Made by a program: the position numbers and the translations under genes
Notes under the pieces: generated by a model
Database searches by the model: none
What the model was told of the DNA's origin: nothing
What the model saw: only the letters and a program-made list of their open reading frames with translations
Part shown: piece by piece, positions 38,868 through 48,537 of the stretch
Position numbering within the stretch: the first letter of the stretch is position 1
Layout of the letters: every line of letters starts with the position of its first letter
DNA from: an uncultured Clostridia bacterium
Lineage (GTDB): Bacteria; Bacillota; Clostridia; UBA1381; UBA9506
NCBI GenBank assembly: GCA_944393605.1
Contig: CALYAO010000057.1
Span: 323-64,322, forward strand
Reading direction: 5' to 3'
Length of the DNA: 64,000 nt

Positions 38868-39392
38868 ATGGAACAGAAAAACCCCATCGTCACCATCGAG
38901 ATGCAGGACGGCGGCATCATGCGTGCCGAGCTGTATCCCGATATCGCGCCCAATACCGTTCACAACTTTATTGCGCTGGTGCAAAAAGGCTTTTATGACG
39001 GTCTCATCTTCCACCGCGTCATCCCCGGCTTCATGATCCAGGGCGGCGACCCCAACGGCACGGGCATGGGCGGCCCGGGCTACGGCATCAAGGGGGAATT
39101 TGCCCAGAACGGGTTCCCCAATGACCTGCGGCACACCGCCGGCGTCCTGTCCATGGCGCGCTCCATGATGCCCAACTCCGCGGGCTCCCAGTTCTTCATC
39201 ATGGTAGCGGATGCGCCCCATCTGGACGGCGCGTATGCCGCATTCGGCAAGCTCATCGAAGGGCTGGATGTCGCGCAGAAGATCGTTTCGGTAGACCGCG
39301 ACCGCAATGACCGGCCCCGTGTTGACCAGATCATGAAGACCGTCACGGTGGAAACCTTCGGGGAAACCTATCCCGCACCACAAACGGTTTGA
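38868..39392 (+). CDS. ppiB: Cyclophilin-type peptidyl-prolyl cis-trans isomerase
   Basis: FHRVIPGFMIQGGDP...GGPGY...LSMAR...NSAGSQFFI are canonical cyclophilin motifs. AGGAGG RBS before ATG 38868. Confidence 0.9.
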   Translation: MEQKNPIVTIEMQDGGIMRAELYPDIAPNTVHNFIALVQKGFYDGLIFHRVIPGFMIQGGDPNGTGMGGPGYGIKGEFAQNGFPNDLRHTAGVLSMARSMMPNSAGSQFFIMVADAPHLDGAYAAFGKLIEGLDVAQKIVSVDRDRNDRPRVDQIMKTVTVETFGETYPAPQTV

Positions 39393-39395
39393 TGT

Positions 39396-39434
39396 CAAAA
39401 ATGGCCCATCCGACTGGATGGGCCATTTTTTTTA
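39396..39434. terminator. Bidirectional rho-independent terminator
   Basis: ATGGCCCATCC / GGATGGGCCAT stem flanked by an A-run and a T-run, between convergent genes. Confidence 0.75.
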
Positions 39435-39446
39435 CGCCTTGCCATC

Positions 39447-41489
39447 TTATTTTTTAATCTGTACAAACTCCGGCACCTGCTCATACCGAACGAAATTATA
39501 GTCAAAGCTGCCCATGCCCTGGGTCATGGAGCGCAGGTCAGACGCAAAGGACTGCATCTCCGCCTGCGGCACCTCCGCTGTGATGGTGACGCTGCCGTCG
39601 TCATTCTGGTCGCTGCCCAGGATTCTGCCCCGCCGTTTGTTGATGTCCCCCATGAGGTCTCCCATATACTCGCCCGGGACAGTTGCCACCAGTTCGCCCA
39701 CCGGCTCCAGCAGCACCGGCCCCGCCTGCGGCAGCCCCGCTTTGTATGCCAGCGCGGCTGCGGTCTTAAAGGCCATTTCAGAGGAGTCCACCGCGTGATA
39801 AGAGCCGTCATACAGCGTGGCCTTGAGGCCCACGACGGGATATCCCTCCAGCACCCCGTGCTCCATGCTCTCCCGGAGCCCTTTTTCCACCGCCGGGAAG
39901 AAGTTTTTGGGCACCGCGCCGCCAAACACCTTCTCACAAAACTCCAGGCCTTCCTCCTGGGATGGCTCAAATTCAATCCAAACATGCCCATACTGGCCGT
40001 GACCGCCCGACTGCTTTTTGTGTTTGCCTTCCACCTTGACGCTCTTGGTGATGGTCTCCCGATAGGGAATTTTGGGGGGCTCCAGCGTCACGCTGACACC
40101 GAATTTTGCCTTGAGCTTGGCCATCACCACCTCCAGGTGCTGATCCCCGACACCCGATATGACCTGCTGGTGCGTCTCCGTATCGGTGTATGTTTGGAGC
40201 GTCCGATCCTCCTCCATCAGTTTATGAAGGCCCTGGCTGATCTTTTCCTCATCCCCCTTGGCCTGCGGCACCATCGCCATATGCATGACGGGCTTGGGGA
40301 AGGTGATGGCAGGCAGACGGACCGCATTCGCACGGGTGCACAGCGTATCCCCCGTATTGGTAGCGGTCAGTTTGGGGATGGCTCCCATGTCCCCCGCCGA
40401 AATCTGTTCCACCTCTGTCTGTTTTTTGCCCTTGAGGAGATACAAATGCCCCACCTTTTCCTCGCTGTCTGTGTTGACATTGTAAACCGTTCCTTCTTTT
40501 TTCAGCGTTCCGCGATGCACGCGGACAATGGACAGTCTGCCAATGAAGGGATCCGCAATGGTTTTCACGCACTGTGCCACCAGCGGCCCGTTCCCATCGG
40601 GCAGGACCTCCACGGGCTCTCCCGCCGGATCTTCCCCAATGACCGGTTCCCGATCTTCGGGGGAAGGCATGTATTCCACGAGCGCGTCTAGCAGCAGCCG
40701 GACGCCTTGATTGGTGAGCGCGCTTCCGCACATCACGGGCACGATCTCCCGGCTGTCCACCCCTTTTCGGAGCGCACTGTGGATTTCCTCTGCCGTAAAT
40801 TCCTCCTCTGCGAAGAACTTCTCCATGAGGGCCTCATCCGTCTCTGCGACCGCCTCCAAAATCATCTCCCGCACGGGCGCAATCTGGTCCTCCATCCCGT
40901 CGGGTACGGGGATCTCCACCACCTGGTCTCCGTTAAACCGGCGCGCAGTCATGTCCACCACATTGACAAAGCCGCAGATACGCTCCCCTTCATAGATGGG
41001 CGTCAAAAAGGGCGCAATACACTTGCCGAACTTCTCTTTCAGCTCGTCTAAAACCTTGGGATAGTTGGCATGTTCGCTGTCCAGCTTGTTGATGAACAGC
41101 ATAATGGGGAGTTTTCGCTCCTGACACAGCCGCCATGCCTTCACTGCCCCCACCGTCACGCCTGACTTGCCCGACAGGACGATGAGCGCGCCATCCGCCG
41201 CCGCGGCAGCCTCCAGCTGCTCCCCCACAAAGTCAAAATACCCAGGCGCATCAATGAGGTTCACCTTCGCGCCCTTCCACTCAAGCGGCAGGACAGACAG
41301 ATTGATGGAACACTGCCGCTTGACCTCCTCAGGGTCCGAGTCGCTGACCGTGTTTCCCTCTGCCGTTTTGCCGAGCCGGTCGGTGGCTCCCGCGGCATAC
41401 AGCATGGCCTCCGCGAGACTTGTCTTGCCGGCCCGGCCATGTCCCATTAACACAACATCACGCAGCTTTGATACCGGATAGTCTTTCAT
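39447..41489 (-). CDS. Elongation factor G paralog (EF-G2-like translational GTPase)
   Basis: G1 GHGRAGKTS, G3 DAPGYFDF, G4 NKLD, and a full five-domain EF-G length (680 aa). G1 deviates from the canonical AHIDAGKT. Confidence 0.8.
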   Translation of the reverse strand: MKDYPVSKLRDVVLMGHGRAGKTSLAEAMLYAAGATDRLGKTAEGNTVSDSDPEEVKRQCSINLSVLPLEWKGAKVNLIDAPGYFDFVGEQLEAAAAADGALIVLSGKSGVTVGAVKAWRLCQERKLPIMLFINKLDSEHANYPKVLDELKEKFGKCIAPFLTPIYEGERICGFVNVVDMTARRFNGDQVVEIPVPDGMEDQIAPVREMILEAVAETDEALMEKFFAEEEFTAEEIHSALRKGVDSREIVPVMCGSALTNQGVRLLLDALVEYMPSPEDREPVIGEDPAGEPVEVLPDGNGPLVAQCVKTIADPFIGRLSIVRVHRGTLKKEGTVYNVNTDSEEKVGHLYLLKGKKQTEVEQISAGDMGAIPKLTATNTGDTLCTRANAVRLPAITFPKPVMHMAMVPQAKGDEEKISQGLHKLMEEDRTLQTYTDTETHQQVISGVGDQHLEVVMAKLKAKFGVSVTLEPPKIPYRETITKSVKVEGKHKKQSGGHGQYGHVWIEFEPSQEEGLEFCEKVFGGAVPKNFFPAVEKGLRESMEHGVLEGYPVVGLKATLYDGSYHAVDSSEMAFKTAAALAYKAGLPQAGPVLLEPVGELVATVPGEYMGDLMGDINKRRGRILGSDQNDDGSVTITAEVPQAEMQSFASDLRSMTQGMGSFDYNFVRYEQVPEFVQIKK

Positions 41490-41629
41490 TTCGCTTCCTC
41501 CTCACTTTATTAAACGGACACGGCAGGGCGCCCGTTTCTTTCCAATCCGGATAACACTTCCCCTATTACTATACGATTTCCCTTTCTTACTATATACCAC
41601 ATTCCGATGGCTTTGAAACAGGAGCGGAC

Positions 41630-41670
41630 AAAAAAAGTGGACAAAACCCTTGGATGGGTTTGTCCACTTT
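41630..41670 (-). terminator. Rho-independent terminator after the SNF2 gene
   Basis: AGTGGACAAAACCC / GGGTTTTGTCCACT-type stem with a T-run on the minus strand, directly after the stop codon. Confidence 0.7.
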
Positions 41671-44600
41671 TTACGCGTCAAACAGGGCGGCAATCTCCTC
41701 CACGCTCATCTGGCTCACAAATTGTTCGCCGGTCTCCACGACGGTATCAATGAGGCCCTGTTTCTTCTCCTTCAGCCTTTGGATCTTCTCCTCGATGGTA
41801 TCTTTGGTGATGAGCTTCAGCACCTGTACCTTGCGTTCCTGCCCAATGCGGTACGCACGGTCGGTCGCCTGATCCTCCACCGCCGGATTCCACCACGGGT
41901 CATAGTGGATGACCACATCCGCCCCCGTGAGGTTGAGCCCATTGCCGCCGGCCTTCAGTGAGATGAGAAAGACCTCCCGTTCCCCGCGGTTGAACCGCTC
42001 CACCTGGTCCATCCGTTCCTTGGGGCCGGTGGCACCGTCCAGGTAAAAAAAGGAAAATTGATGCTGTGCCAGCGCGTCCCCCAGCAGCCCCAGCATCTGC
42101 GTGAACTGAGAGAACAGCAGAACACGGTGCCCCGCACGTACACTGTCACCAATCAGCTCCAGCGCCAGCGCAAACTTGCCGCTCCCACCCGCATAGCCCT
42201 CCATGAACAGGGAGGGATGGCAGCACACCTGCCGGAGCCGGGTGAGAAGCGCCAAAATCTGCATGCCGTGCTGTTTTAAATCCCCCTGCTGCCGCTGCTC
42301 TGCGATGCGCTGCCGTGCCTGTACCAGGTGCGCAAGATACACCTCCCGCTGCGCTTCCGTCATGTCGCTTGCGACCACCGACTCAATCTTGTCGGGCAGT
42401 TCCTTTAAGACGTCCTTTTTGAGCCGCCGGAGCAGGAACGGCGCGACATGCTGGGACAGCTCCCGCGCGCGGGCCATATCCCCCTCCTTTACGATGGGCG
42501 TCTCATACTTGTCCCGAAATTTCTGATACGTTCCCAAATAGCCCGGCATCAGGAAGTCAAAGATGGACCACAGTTCGGACAGCGCGTTCTCGATGGGCGT
42601 CCCCGTCAGCGCGAACCGATGCGCCGCCCGGATACGCTTGACCGCATGGGCGTTCTGCGTGGCATGGTTTTTGATGTTCTGCGCTTCATCCAAGATACAA
42701 TAGGAAAACACCGCCTCCTCATACAGGGCGATATCCCGCTTCAGCAGCTCATAGGACGTGACCACCACATCATAGTCCGCGATATGGGAGAGCAGCGCCG
42801 CCCGCTCGGGGACCGACCCCACCGACAGCAGCACGCGGAGGGAGGGGGCAAACCGCGCAAACTCGCTCTGCCAGTTGTATAAAAGCGACGTTGGCACGAC
42901 GACCAGCGCGGGTTGTCCCACACCAGCCGCAGACAGCAACAGCGTGATGACCTGAAGCGTCTTGCCCAATCCCATGTCATCCGCCAAGATACCGCACATA
43001 TCATACTGTGCCAGCGTGCACATCCAGCGGTACCCCGTCTTCTGATAGGGCCGAAGCACCTTTTTGAGGCTGTCAGGCACCGCAAAATCGCTGTCACCCG
43101 CATCCCGGATGTCCCGCACCATCTGTTTGACCGCCGGTCCGCGCTCCAGCCGCACGCCCGTGTTATCGCGGGCCAGGAGATCCAAGTACAGCGCACGGTA
43201 CTTGGGCAGCTGTTTGCGCCCCGCCAGCATGTCCGCCTCCGTCACGTCCAGACCGTCCACGAGCCGCGCGATGCCCTCCAGCCCGTCGTTTTCCAGATTC
43301 AAAAATGCACCGTTTCGCAGCCGGAAGTACCGTTTTTTCATGCGATACGCCGCGAGCACCGCGAGCAGCTCCTCCGCGCTGTACTCCCCGAGGTCCAAGG
43401 TGAGTGTCAGCAGCTCCCCGTCCAGACGAACGCCCGCCGACACGGGTCGCGGGTACTGCACCCGGATCTTTTTAAACGCATCGGACAGATACACCTGCGC
43501 AAGTTGCCCAAGCTGTTCTAGGTGGTGCTGCAAGAAGTCGTACAGGTTGTCCCCCTCGTCGGGCAGGACGTATCGGTCGGTCTGCATGGTAAAATTGCTG
43601 TAAGCAAACAGGTTCTCAATCGCGTATTCCTGCTGGACATCCCGGTAGGGATTCTCCTGGCTGTTGCGAACGGTATACTCCTCATCTTCATAGCAATAGG
43701 CCACACGCGCCGTGATGGCGCCGTCCTCATAGTCCAGATACACCTTGGCAACCAGCGGAATGGTGCGGTAGGTATCCCGCAGGTCCTCCGCGATCGCAAT
43801 CAGGCCCTGCTTGGCAAGCGGCGTGACCACCAGCGCATTGAACCGCGCCTCCTGCTCGGGCGCAACCCGCAGCATCCCCGTTGGAGAGCCCGCCAGCGCA
43901 TCCGTGATCTCACACACCAGCTCCCCAAAGGATGGCGGAACATGGTAAAGAGTATCACCCCAGAACAGATAATATTGATCCCGGCTGCGGATGGTCTGGA
44001 TGCGGCCCAGCATGCCGAATTGCACCTCTTCCCCGTCCCGCAGCAGGGTATACTGGATGTCGGGCGTTCCTTCCACCAGCCCGTGCAGCTCCGCGCCGTC
44101 CACCCGGCCATGGACGGGGATGCCCTGCATCCGCAGCAAGGAAAACAGCGCCGGAAACTGCCCTCCCACCAGCTCCAGCCGCCCCACTGGGCAGCGGGTG
44201 TAGTATTTATCCGCATAGGCCTTGTTGTCATAGTAACAGTCCCGCACAAACAGCAGCAGCGCCCGGCTGGATTCCTCAAACCGCGCCGGGTCGGGCACCA
44301 GGGTCTGTCCGCGGCCTAACGTCACGGGATGCAGCGCTTCGGCCGCTTCCAAAAACTCCGCCAGATCCTTTACCACATACAGCCGCTCCCGCCCCGCTCG
44401 GAGCGTCAGCTCCCACGTCCCCCGGATACTGTCATAGTTGAGCTTGCAGTCCGCCCGGAGATCCGCGGCGGCATCCTGCTCTGTGGGCAGTTCCCCCCGA
44501 ATGCCGCGCTCCATGGCCGCGATGAGCAGGTCGGTATTGTGATCCGCCAGCGGCGGCACCTCCATATGGGACAGCGCCAGCAGCGCTGCGACGCAGTGCC

Positions 44601-44880
44601 GGCAGATGGTGGGATACCTGGAAAAGGCCGCACAGTCGCAGGTCACCGTGCCAATGCCCCCCTGTTCGGTATATACGGTGCGGACATGGTAGGTCTGCCG
44701 TTCCCCGCGCACTTGGGCCGCGATATCCAGATAATGCCCCGCGCGGCGGGACAAGTGCCAGGGGGAGACCGTCAGCTTGGTGACCCGTCCCGCCTCAAAC
44801 AGCGCCACACCCCGCTCATAGAATTTTTGGTACAGCACCCGCCTTTTGATCCCCATCCGATCAATAAAATACATGGACAA
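41671..44880 (-). CDS. SWIM zinc-finger / SNF2-family helicase
   Basis: N-terminal SWIM CDCAAFSRYPTICRHCVAALLAL. SNF2 motifs LADDMGLGKT, ILDEAQNIKN and LTGTPIEN. C-terminal helicase motifs (SLKAGGNGLNLT, DPWWNPA..DQA.DRAYRIGQ). Confidence 0.9.
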   Translation of the reverse strand: MSMYFIDRMGIKRRVLYQKFYERGVALFEAGRVTKLTVSPWHLSRRAGHYLDIAAQVRGERQTYHVRTVYTEQGGIGTVTCDCAAFSRYPTICRHCVAALLALSHMEVPPLADHNTDLLIAAMERGIRGELPTEQDAAADLRADCKLNYDSIRGTWELTLRAGRERLYVVKDLAEFLEAAEALHPVTLGRGQTLVPDPARFEESSRALLLFVRDCYYDNKAYADKYYTRCPVGRLELVGGQFPALFSLLRMQGIPVHGRVDGAELHGLVEGTPDIQYTLLRDGEEVQFGMLGRIQTIRSRDQYYLFWGDTLYHVPPSFGELVCEITDALAGSPTGMLRVAPEQEARFNALVVTPLAKQGLIAIAEDLRDTYRTIPLVAKVYLDYEDGAITARVAYCYEDEEYTVRNSQENPYRDVQQEYAIENLFAYSNFTMQTDRYVLPDEGDNLYDFLQHHLEQLGQLAQVYLSDAFKKIRVQYPRPVSAGVRLDGELLTLTLDLGEYSAEELLAVLAAYRMKKRYFRLRNGAFLNLENDGLEGIARLVDGLDVTEADMLAGRKQLPKYRALYLDLLARDNTGVRLERGPAVKQMVRDIRDAGDSDFAVPDSLKKVLRPYQKTGYRWMCTLAQYDMCGILADDMGLGKTLQVITLLLSAAGVGQPALVVVPTSLLYNWQSEFARFAPSLRVLLSVGSVPERAALLSHIADYDVVVTSYELLKRDIALYEEAVFSYCILDEAQNIKNHATQNAHAVKRIRAAHRFALTGTPIENALSELWSIFDFLMPGYLGTYQKFRDKYETPIVKEGDMARARELSQHVAPFLLRRLKKDVLKELPDKIESVVASDMTEAQREVYLAHLVQARQRIAEQRQQGDLKQHGMQILALLTRLRQVCCHPSLFMEGYAGGSGKFALALELIGDSVRAGHRVLLFSQFTQMLGLLGDALAQHQFSFFYLDGATGPKERMDQVERFNRGEREVFLISLKAGGNGLNLTGADVVIHYDPWWNPAVEDQATDRAYRIGQERKVQVLKLITKDTIEEKIQRLKEKKQGLIDTVVETGEQFVSQMSVEEIAALFDA

Positions 44881-45010
44881 GCCACCTCCTCCCTACGTAA
44901 AAATTCCTAAATTTGGTAGTTCGCCCTTATCCTTTTATTGTATACGAAAACGGGGATTTTTGCAAGTCCCACTTACAAAAATCCCCGTTACCATCTATGG
45001 CCTCTTTTTT

Positions 45011-45634
45011 TCACAAAGCCAGGATGCGCTCCTTCAGCGTATTCACAAATCGGGCGACATGAAAGCCGTCACACACCGCGTGGTGCACCTGTATCGCAAG
45101 GGGCAGCATATATCTGCCCTGCACGTTCTCAAACCTGCCCATGGTAAAAATGGGAATCAGATACCGAAAATCCGCCGTTTGCAGATGAAAACTCTCAAAC
45201 CCCACCCACGGAATCATGGACACGGTAAAACAGTTGGGGGGCATATCGGGTTTCGCGTCAAAGGCCTGCACCGCACCATACCGGCGGATATCCTCCGCAT
45301 AACTGCGGCAAAAGGCAGCATACTCGTCCGAAAACGCTGTCCAAATATTGGAAAACGTTTCGGTTTCTTTATGAAATACCGTGTAACAGGGCGACATCCT
45401 GTGATATCGCACCAGCCGGCCGTCCGGCAGGAATGCCATCCGAAACTCTTCATATTGGTTGACCGTCTTGGTCAAAACATACAGCATGGTTGGATAGAGC
45501 TGGTATCCCTTTTCCCGGATGGGGGTGATATCCAGCTTGGTGGTCATGCTGTAAGTACAGGGAACCGCCGACAGATAATGCGCAAAATACGCTTCCCGTT
45601 CCCAGGTGTCCCGGTCAATCACCGTAAATTCCAT
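45011..45634 (-). CDS. cat: Type A chloramphenicol O-acetyltransferase
   Basis: 207 aa. IDRDTWEREAYFAHY..., LYPTMLYVLTKTVN, and the catalytic-His motif VHHAVCDGFHVARF. Confidence 0.85.
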   Translation of the reverse strand: MEFTVIDRDTWEREAYFAHYLSAVPCTYSMTTKLDITPIREKGYQLYPTMLYVLTKTVNQYEEFRMAFLPDGRLVRYHRMSPCYTVFHKETETFSNIWTAFSDEYAAFCRSYAEDIRRYGAVQAFDAKPDMPPNCFTVSMIPWVGFESFHLQTADFRYLIPIFTMGRFENVQGRYMLPLAIQVHHAVCDGFHVARFVNTLKERILAL

Positions 45635-45659
45635 ATTCCCACCTCAGCCATTCCTCGGT

Positions 45660-46142
45660 CTATTGTCCGCTCCGCCGCATCGCAACCATCCCCGTCCGGC
45701 ACATCTCCAAGATGCCGTAGGGCCGAACCATCTGTTCAAAGGCGTCAATCTTATCCCCCGTGCCCGTCAGCTCAATGATGAGCGCATCGGGCGCGACATC
45801 CACCACCTTGGCACGAAAGATGTTGACCACCTGCACAATCTCACTGCGGTTGGTGGGGTCGCATGCCACCTTGATGAGAGACAACTCCCGCGACACGGCC
45901 TGTTCCGCCGGCAGATGCTTCACCTCAATCACATCAATCAGCTTGGACAGCTGCTTGAGCACCTGGTCCACCGTATGCCCGTCCCCATTGACCACGATGG
46001 TGGTAGCGGAGATATCGGGGTCCTGCGTGACACCCACCGCCAGCGAGTCGATGTTAAAGCCCCGCCGGGCAAACAGGCCCGCCATCTTCGCCAGAATACC
46101 GGCGTGGTTATTGACCAGCGCCGTCAGGATATATTTTGCCAT
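45660..46142 (-). CDS. ilvN: Acetolactate synthase small (regulatory) subunit
   Basis: ACT domain ILTALVNNHAGILAKMAGLFARRGFNIDSLAV, with the position directly downstream of ilvB. Confidence 0.9.
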   Translation of the reverse strand: MAKYILTALVNNHAGILAKMAGLFARRGFNIDSLAVGVTQDPDISATTIVVNGDGHTVDQVLKQLSKLIDVIEVKHLPAEQAVSRELSLIKVACDPTNRSEIVQVVNIFRAKVVDVAPDALIIELTGTGDKIDAFEQMVRPYGILEMCRTGMVAMRRSGQ

Positions 46143-46161
46143 GGATTATGTCTCCTTTCTC

Positions 46162-47787
46162 TTACAGCGTGCTCTCCGTACGATCCACCAGCACCTCCAG
46201 CAGGTAAGTCCCGGGCGTCTCCAGCATGGCCGCGATCGCACTGTCCACGTCCTGATTTTCCGCCACCGTTCCACAGGGGATGTCATACGCCGCCGCGATG
46301 GACGGATAGTGAGGATAGGCTCCCAGGTCCACGCCGCTGTGCCGGGACTGGAAGTTCACGTCCTGGTACTCATGCACCATCCCCAGCACCCGGTTGACAA
46401 ACAGCACAATCTTAACTTCCGCGCCCCACTGACGGATGGCCCCCAGCTCGGGCATGGACATCTGGAAGCTGCCGTCCCCCTCTATGGCAATGACCAGCTC
46501 ATCGGGCCGCGCCAACTTCGCCCCCATGGCGGCGGGCAGCCCGAAGCCCATGGTACCAAAACCGCCTGACGTCAAAAAGGTGCCAGGGCGGGCAAACTGG
46601 TAATGATTGGCAGTCCAGATCTGGTTCTGCCCCACCTCGGTGGTGACCACCGCGCGGCCGCCCGTAGCCTCAGACAGCCGCCGCATCAAGTATTTGGGGT
46701 TGACTGCCCCCCGCTTCTTTCCGTCGGGCAGCGGCATGGCGGCTCGCCGTTCCGCCGCTTTATCCGCCCAGCCGCCGGGGCAGGTATACCCCGCCAGCGC
46801 CCGCGTCAACCGGGGCAGAAAATCCGCCAAGTCCGCCGCAATGGCGAGGTCACATGGGATGTTCTTGCCAATCTCCGCCGGATCAATATCCACATGGGCA
46901 ACCGCCGCACGTTTTGCCAGCGCTTCCGTATCCGACACCGTCCGGTCGGACACCCGTGCCCCCAAAAACACCACCAGATCGGCCTCCGCAAAGGCCGCAT
47001 TGGCGGGCGGAACCCCATGGGAGCCCACCATGCCCAGATAGCGCGGGTGCGCACAGGGCACCGCGCCGATGCCCATCATGGTAGAGACAACCGGCAGGCC
47101 CGTCCCCGCTGCCAGTGCGGCAAACGCCTCGCTGGCATGGGCGATGAGAATCCCGCCGCCCGCAACGAGCAGGGGCCGCTCCGCCTGACGAATCGCATCC
47201 GCCAGCTGCGCCGCATCCGCATCCGTAGCAGGCAGATGGGGGCAATATCCCCGAATCTGCGGCGTTCCCTGCGGCTGATAGTCGACCCGCATCCGCTGAA
47301 CGTCCATTGGGATGTCCACCACGACGGGGCCGGGCCGCCCCGTCCCCGCTATCCAAAACGCCTCCTCCAAAATGCGGGGCAGATCGTTTGGGTCTTTCAC
47401 AAGGTAGTTGTGTTTGCTGATGGGGGTGGTGACGCCGGTGGTATCCACCTCCTGGAACGCATCCCGGCCCACCAGGCCGCTTGCCACCTGCCCCGTCAGC
47501 ACCACCAGCGGGATGGAGTCCATATACGCATTTGCGATGCCCGTGATCATGTTGGTCGCGCCGGGGCCCGATGTCGCGGTACAGACCCCCACCTTGCCCG
47601 TCAGCCGGGCATAGCCCGCCGCCGCATGCACCGCGCCCTGTTCGTTGCGCATGAGGATATGTGCGATGCTGCTCTTGCCCACCGCATCTAAAATGGGCGT
47701 GTTTGCGGCCCCCGGGTACCCAAATATGTGCCGAACGCCCTGTTCCTCCAGCACCTGCACCAAGGCCTTGCTCGCCAACATCCGCAT
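46162..47787 (-). CDS. ilvB: Acetolactate synthase large subunit
   Basis: ThDP enzyme motifs GYPGAANTPILDA, TSGPGATN and GDGSFQM. Confidence 0.9.
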   Translation of the reverse strand: MRMLASKALVQVLEEQGVRHIFGYPGAANTPILDAVGKSSIAHILMRNEQGAVHAAAGYARLTGKVGVCTATSGPGATNMITGIANAYMDSIPLVVLTGQVASGLVGRDAFQEVDTTGVTTPISKHNYLVKDPNDLPRILEEAFWIAGTGRPGPVVVDIPMDVQRMRVDYQPQGTPQIRGYCPHLPATDADAAQLADAIRQAERPLLVAGGGILIAHASEAFAALAAGTGLPVVSTMMGIGAVPCAHPRYLGMVGSHGVPPANAAFAEADLVVFLGARVSDRTVSDTEALAKRAAVAHVDIDPAEIGKNIPCDLAIAADLADFLPRLTRALAGYTCPGGWADKAAERRAAMPLPDGKKRGAVNPKYLMRRLSEATGGRAVVTTEVGQNQIWTANHYQFARPGTFLTSGGFGTMGFGLPAAMGAKLARPDELVIAIEGDGSFQMSMPELGAIRQWGAEVKIVLFVNRVLGMVHEYQDVNFQSRHSGVDLGAYPHYPSIAAAYDIPCGTVAENQDVDSAIAAMLETPGTYLLEVLVDRTESTL

Positions 47788-47853
47788 GAAATTCGCCTCT
47801 TTTCACATCATTCGTAATACAATTTGCCTCGTTTCGCGTCATTCGCATGCCTT

Positions 47854-47882
47854 ATTGTAGCACGCATCTTGCCATTTGTCAA
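47854..47882 (-). promoter_or_regulatory. Sigma-A type promoter for ilvBN
   Basis: On the minus strand, TTGACA (47882-47877), 17-nt spacer, TACAAT (47859-47854). Leader only about 70 nt. Confidence 0.55.
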
Positions 47883-47961
47883 TTTTTGCCCAATGGATGA
47901 AGGCAGGGATACATGCCTGCAGCTGCGGACATACTAACGGAAAACGGACAGGAGTGATCAT

Positions 47962-48453
47962 ATGAAAAAATTGGTAACGGGTATCTTTGATTCCTTTGCG
48001 CTTGCAGAACAGGCCGCACGGGATGCGCGCAGGTTCGGCATCGATCCAGCCGCGGTCTCCCTGGTGACCAGCCGCGGCACAGCACAAGGCAATACGGGCT
48101 ATCCCGGTTCGGATGAGCAGGACACATTTGACATGGACGACCCGACTTTTGCGGTCTCCTCCGGCCTTATGATGACCATGACTCCCTTCCAGGTGCCCGC
48201 ATATGGAATGTTTGGCGCGACGGGGCCCATGCTGGGCTTTTTGTCGGGGGACATCGAAGCAGACGGCATCGCAGGAACGCTGGAGCGCATGGGTGTCCCG
48301 CAGGTACATGGTCTGGACTACGAGACCGAGCTCAAACGCGGACGTGTGCTCTGGGTGGCAGAGGCACCCGAAGCAGATGCCAACCACGTCGCGGAGATGC
48401 TGCGACACGGCGGCGCAGACCTGGTGGATGTGCATGACACGGACAGATCATGA
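47962..48453 (+). CDS. General stress protein-like (YflT-like)
   Basis: N-terminus LVTGIFDSFALAEQAARDARRFGIDPAAVSLVT resembles the YflT/GSP17M N-terminal domain. Weak call. Confidence 0.3.
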   Translation: MKKLVTGIFDSFALAEQAARDARRFGIDPAAVSLVTSRGTAQGNTGYPGSDEQDTFDMDDPTFAVSSGLMMTMTPFQVPAYGMFGATGPMLGFLSGDIEADGIAGTLERMGVPQVHGLDYETELKRGRVLWVAEAPEADANHVAEMLRHGGADLVDVHDTDRS

Positions 48454-48483
48454 GACGCCAGCATGGCAGGCCAGCGATGCAAA

Positions 48484-48517
48484 CAAAAAAGCGGAGGCAA
48501 GACCTCCGCTTTTTTGT
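48484..48517. terminator. Bidirectional rho-independent terminator
   Basis: GCGGAGG (48491-48497) / CCTCCGC (48503-48509) flanked by an A-run and a T-run. Confidence 0.75.
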
Positions 48518-48537
48518 TTGCAAGTAAAATGCCCTTT

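Noticed and set aside
47788-47961. T-box or leader-peptide attenuator upstream of ilvB.
   Set aside because: The promoter-to-ATG distance is only about 70 nt. There is no terminator/antiterminator pair and no T-box core sequence.
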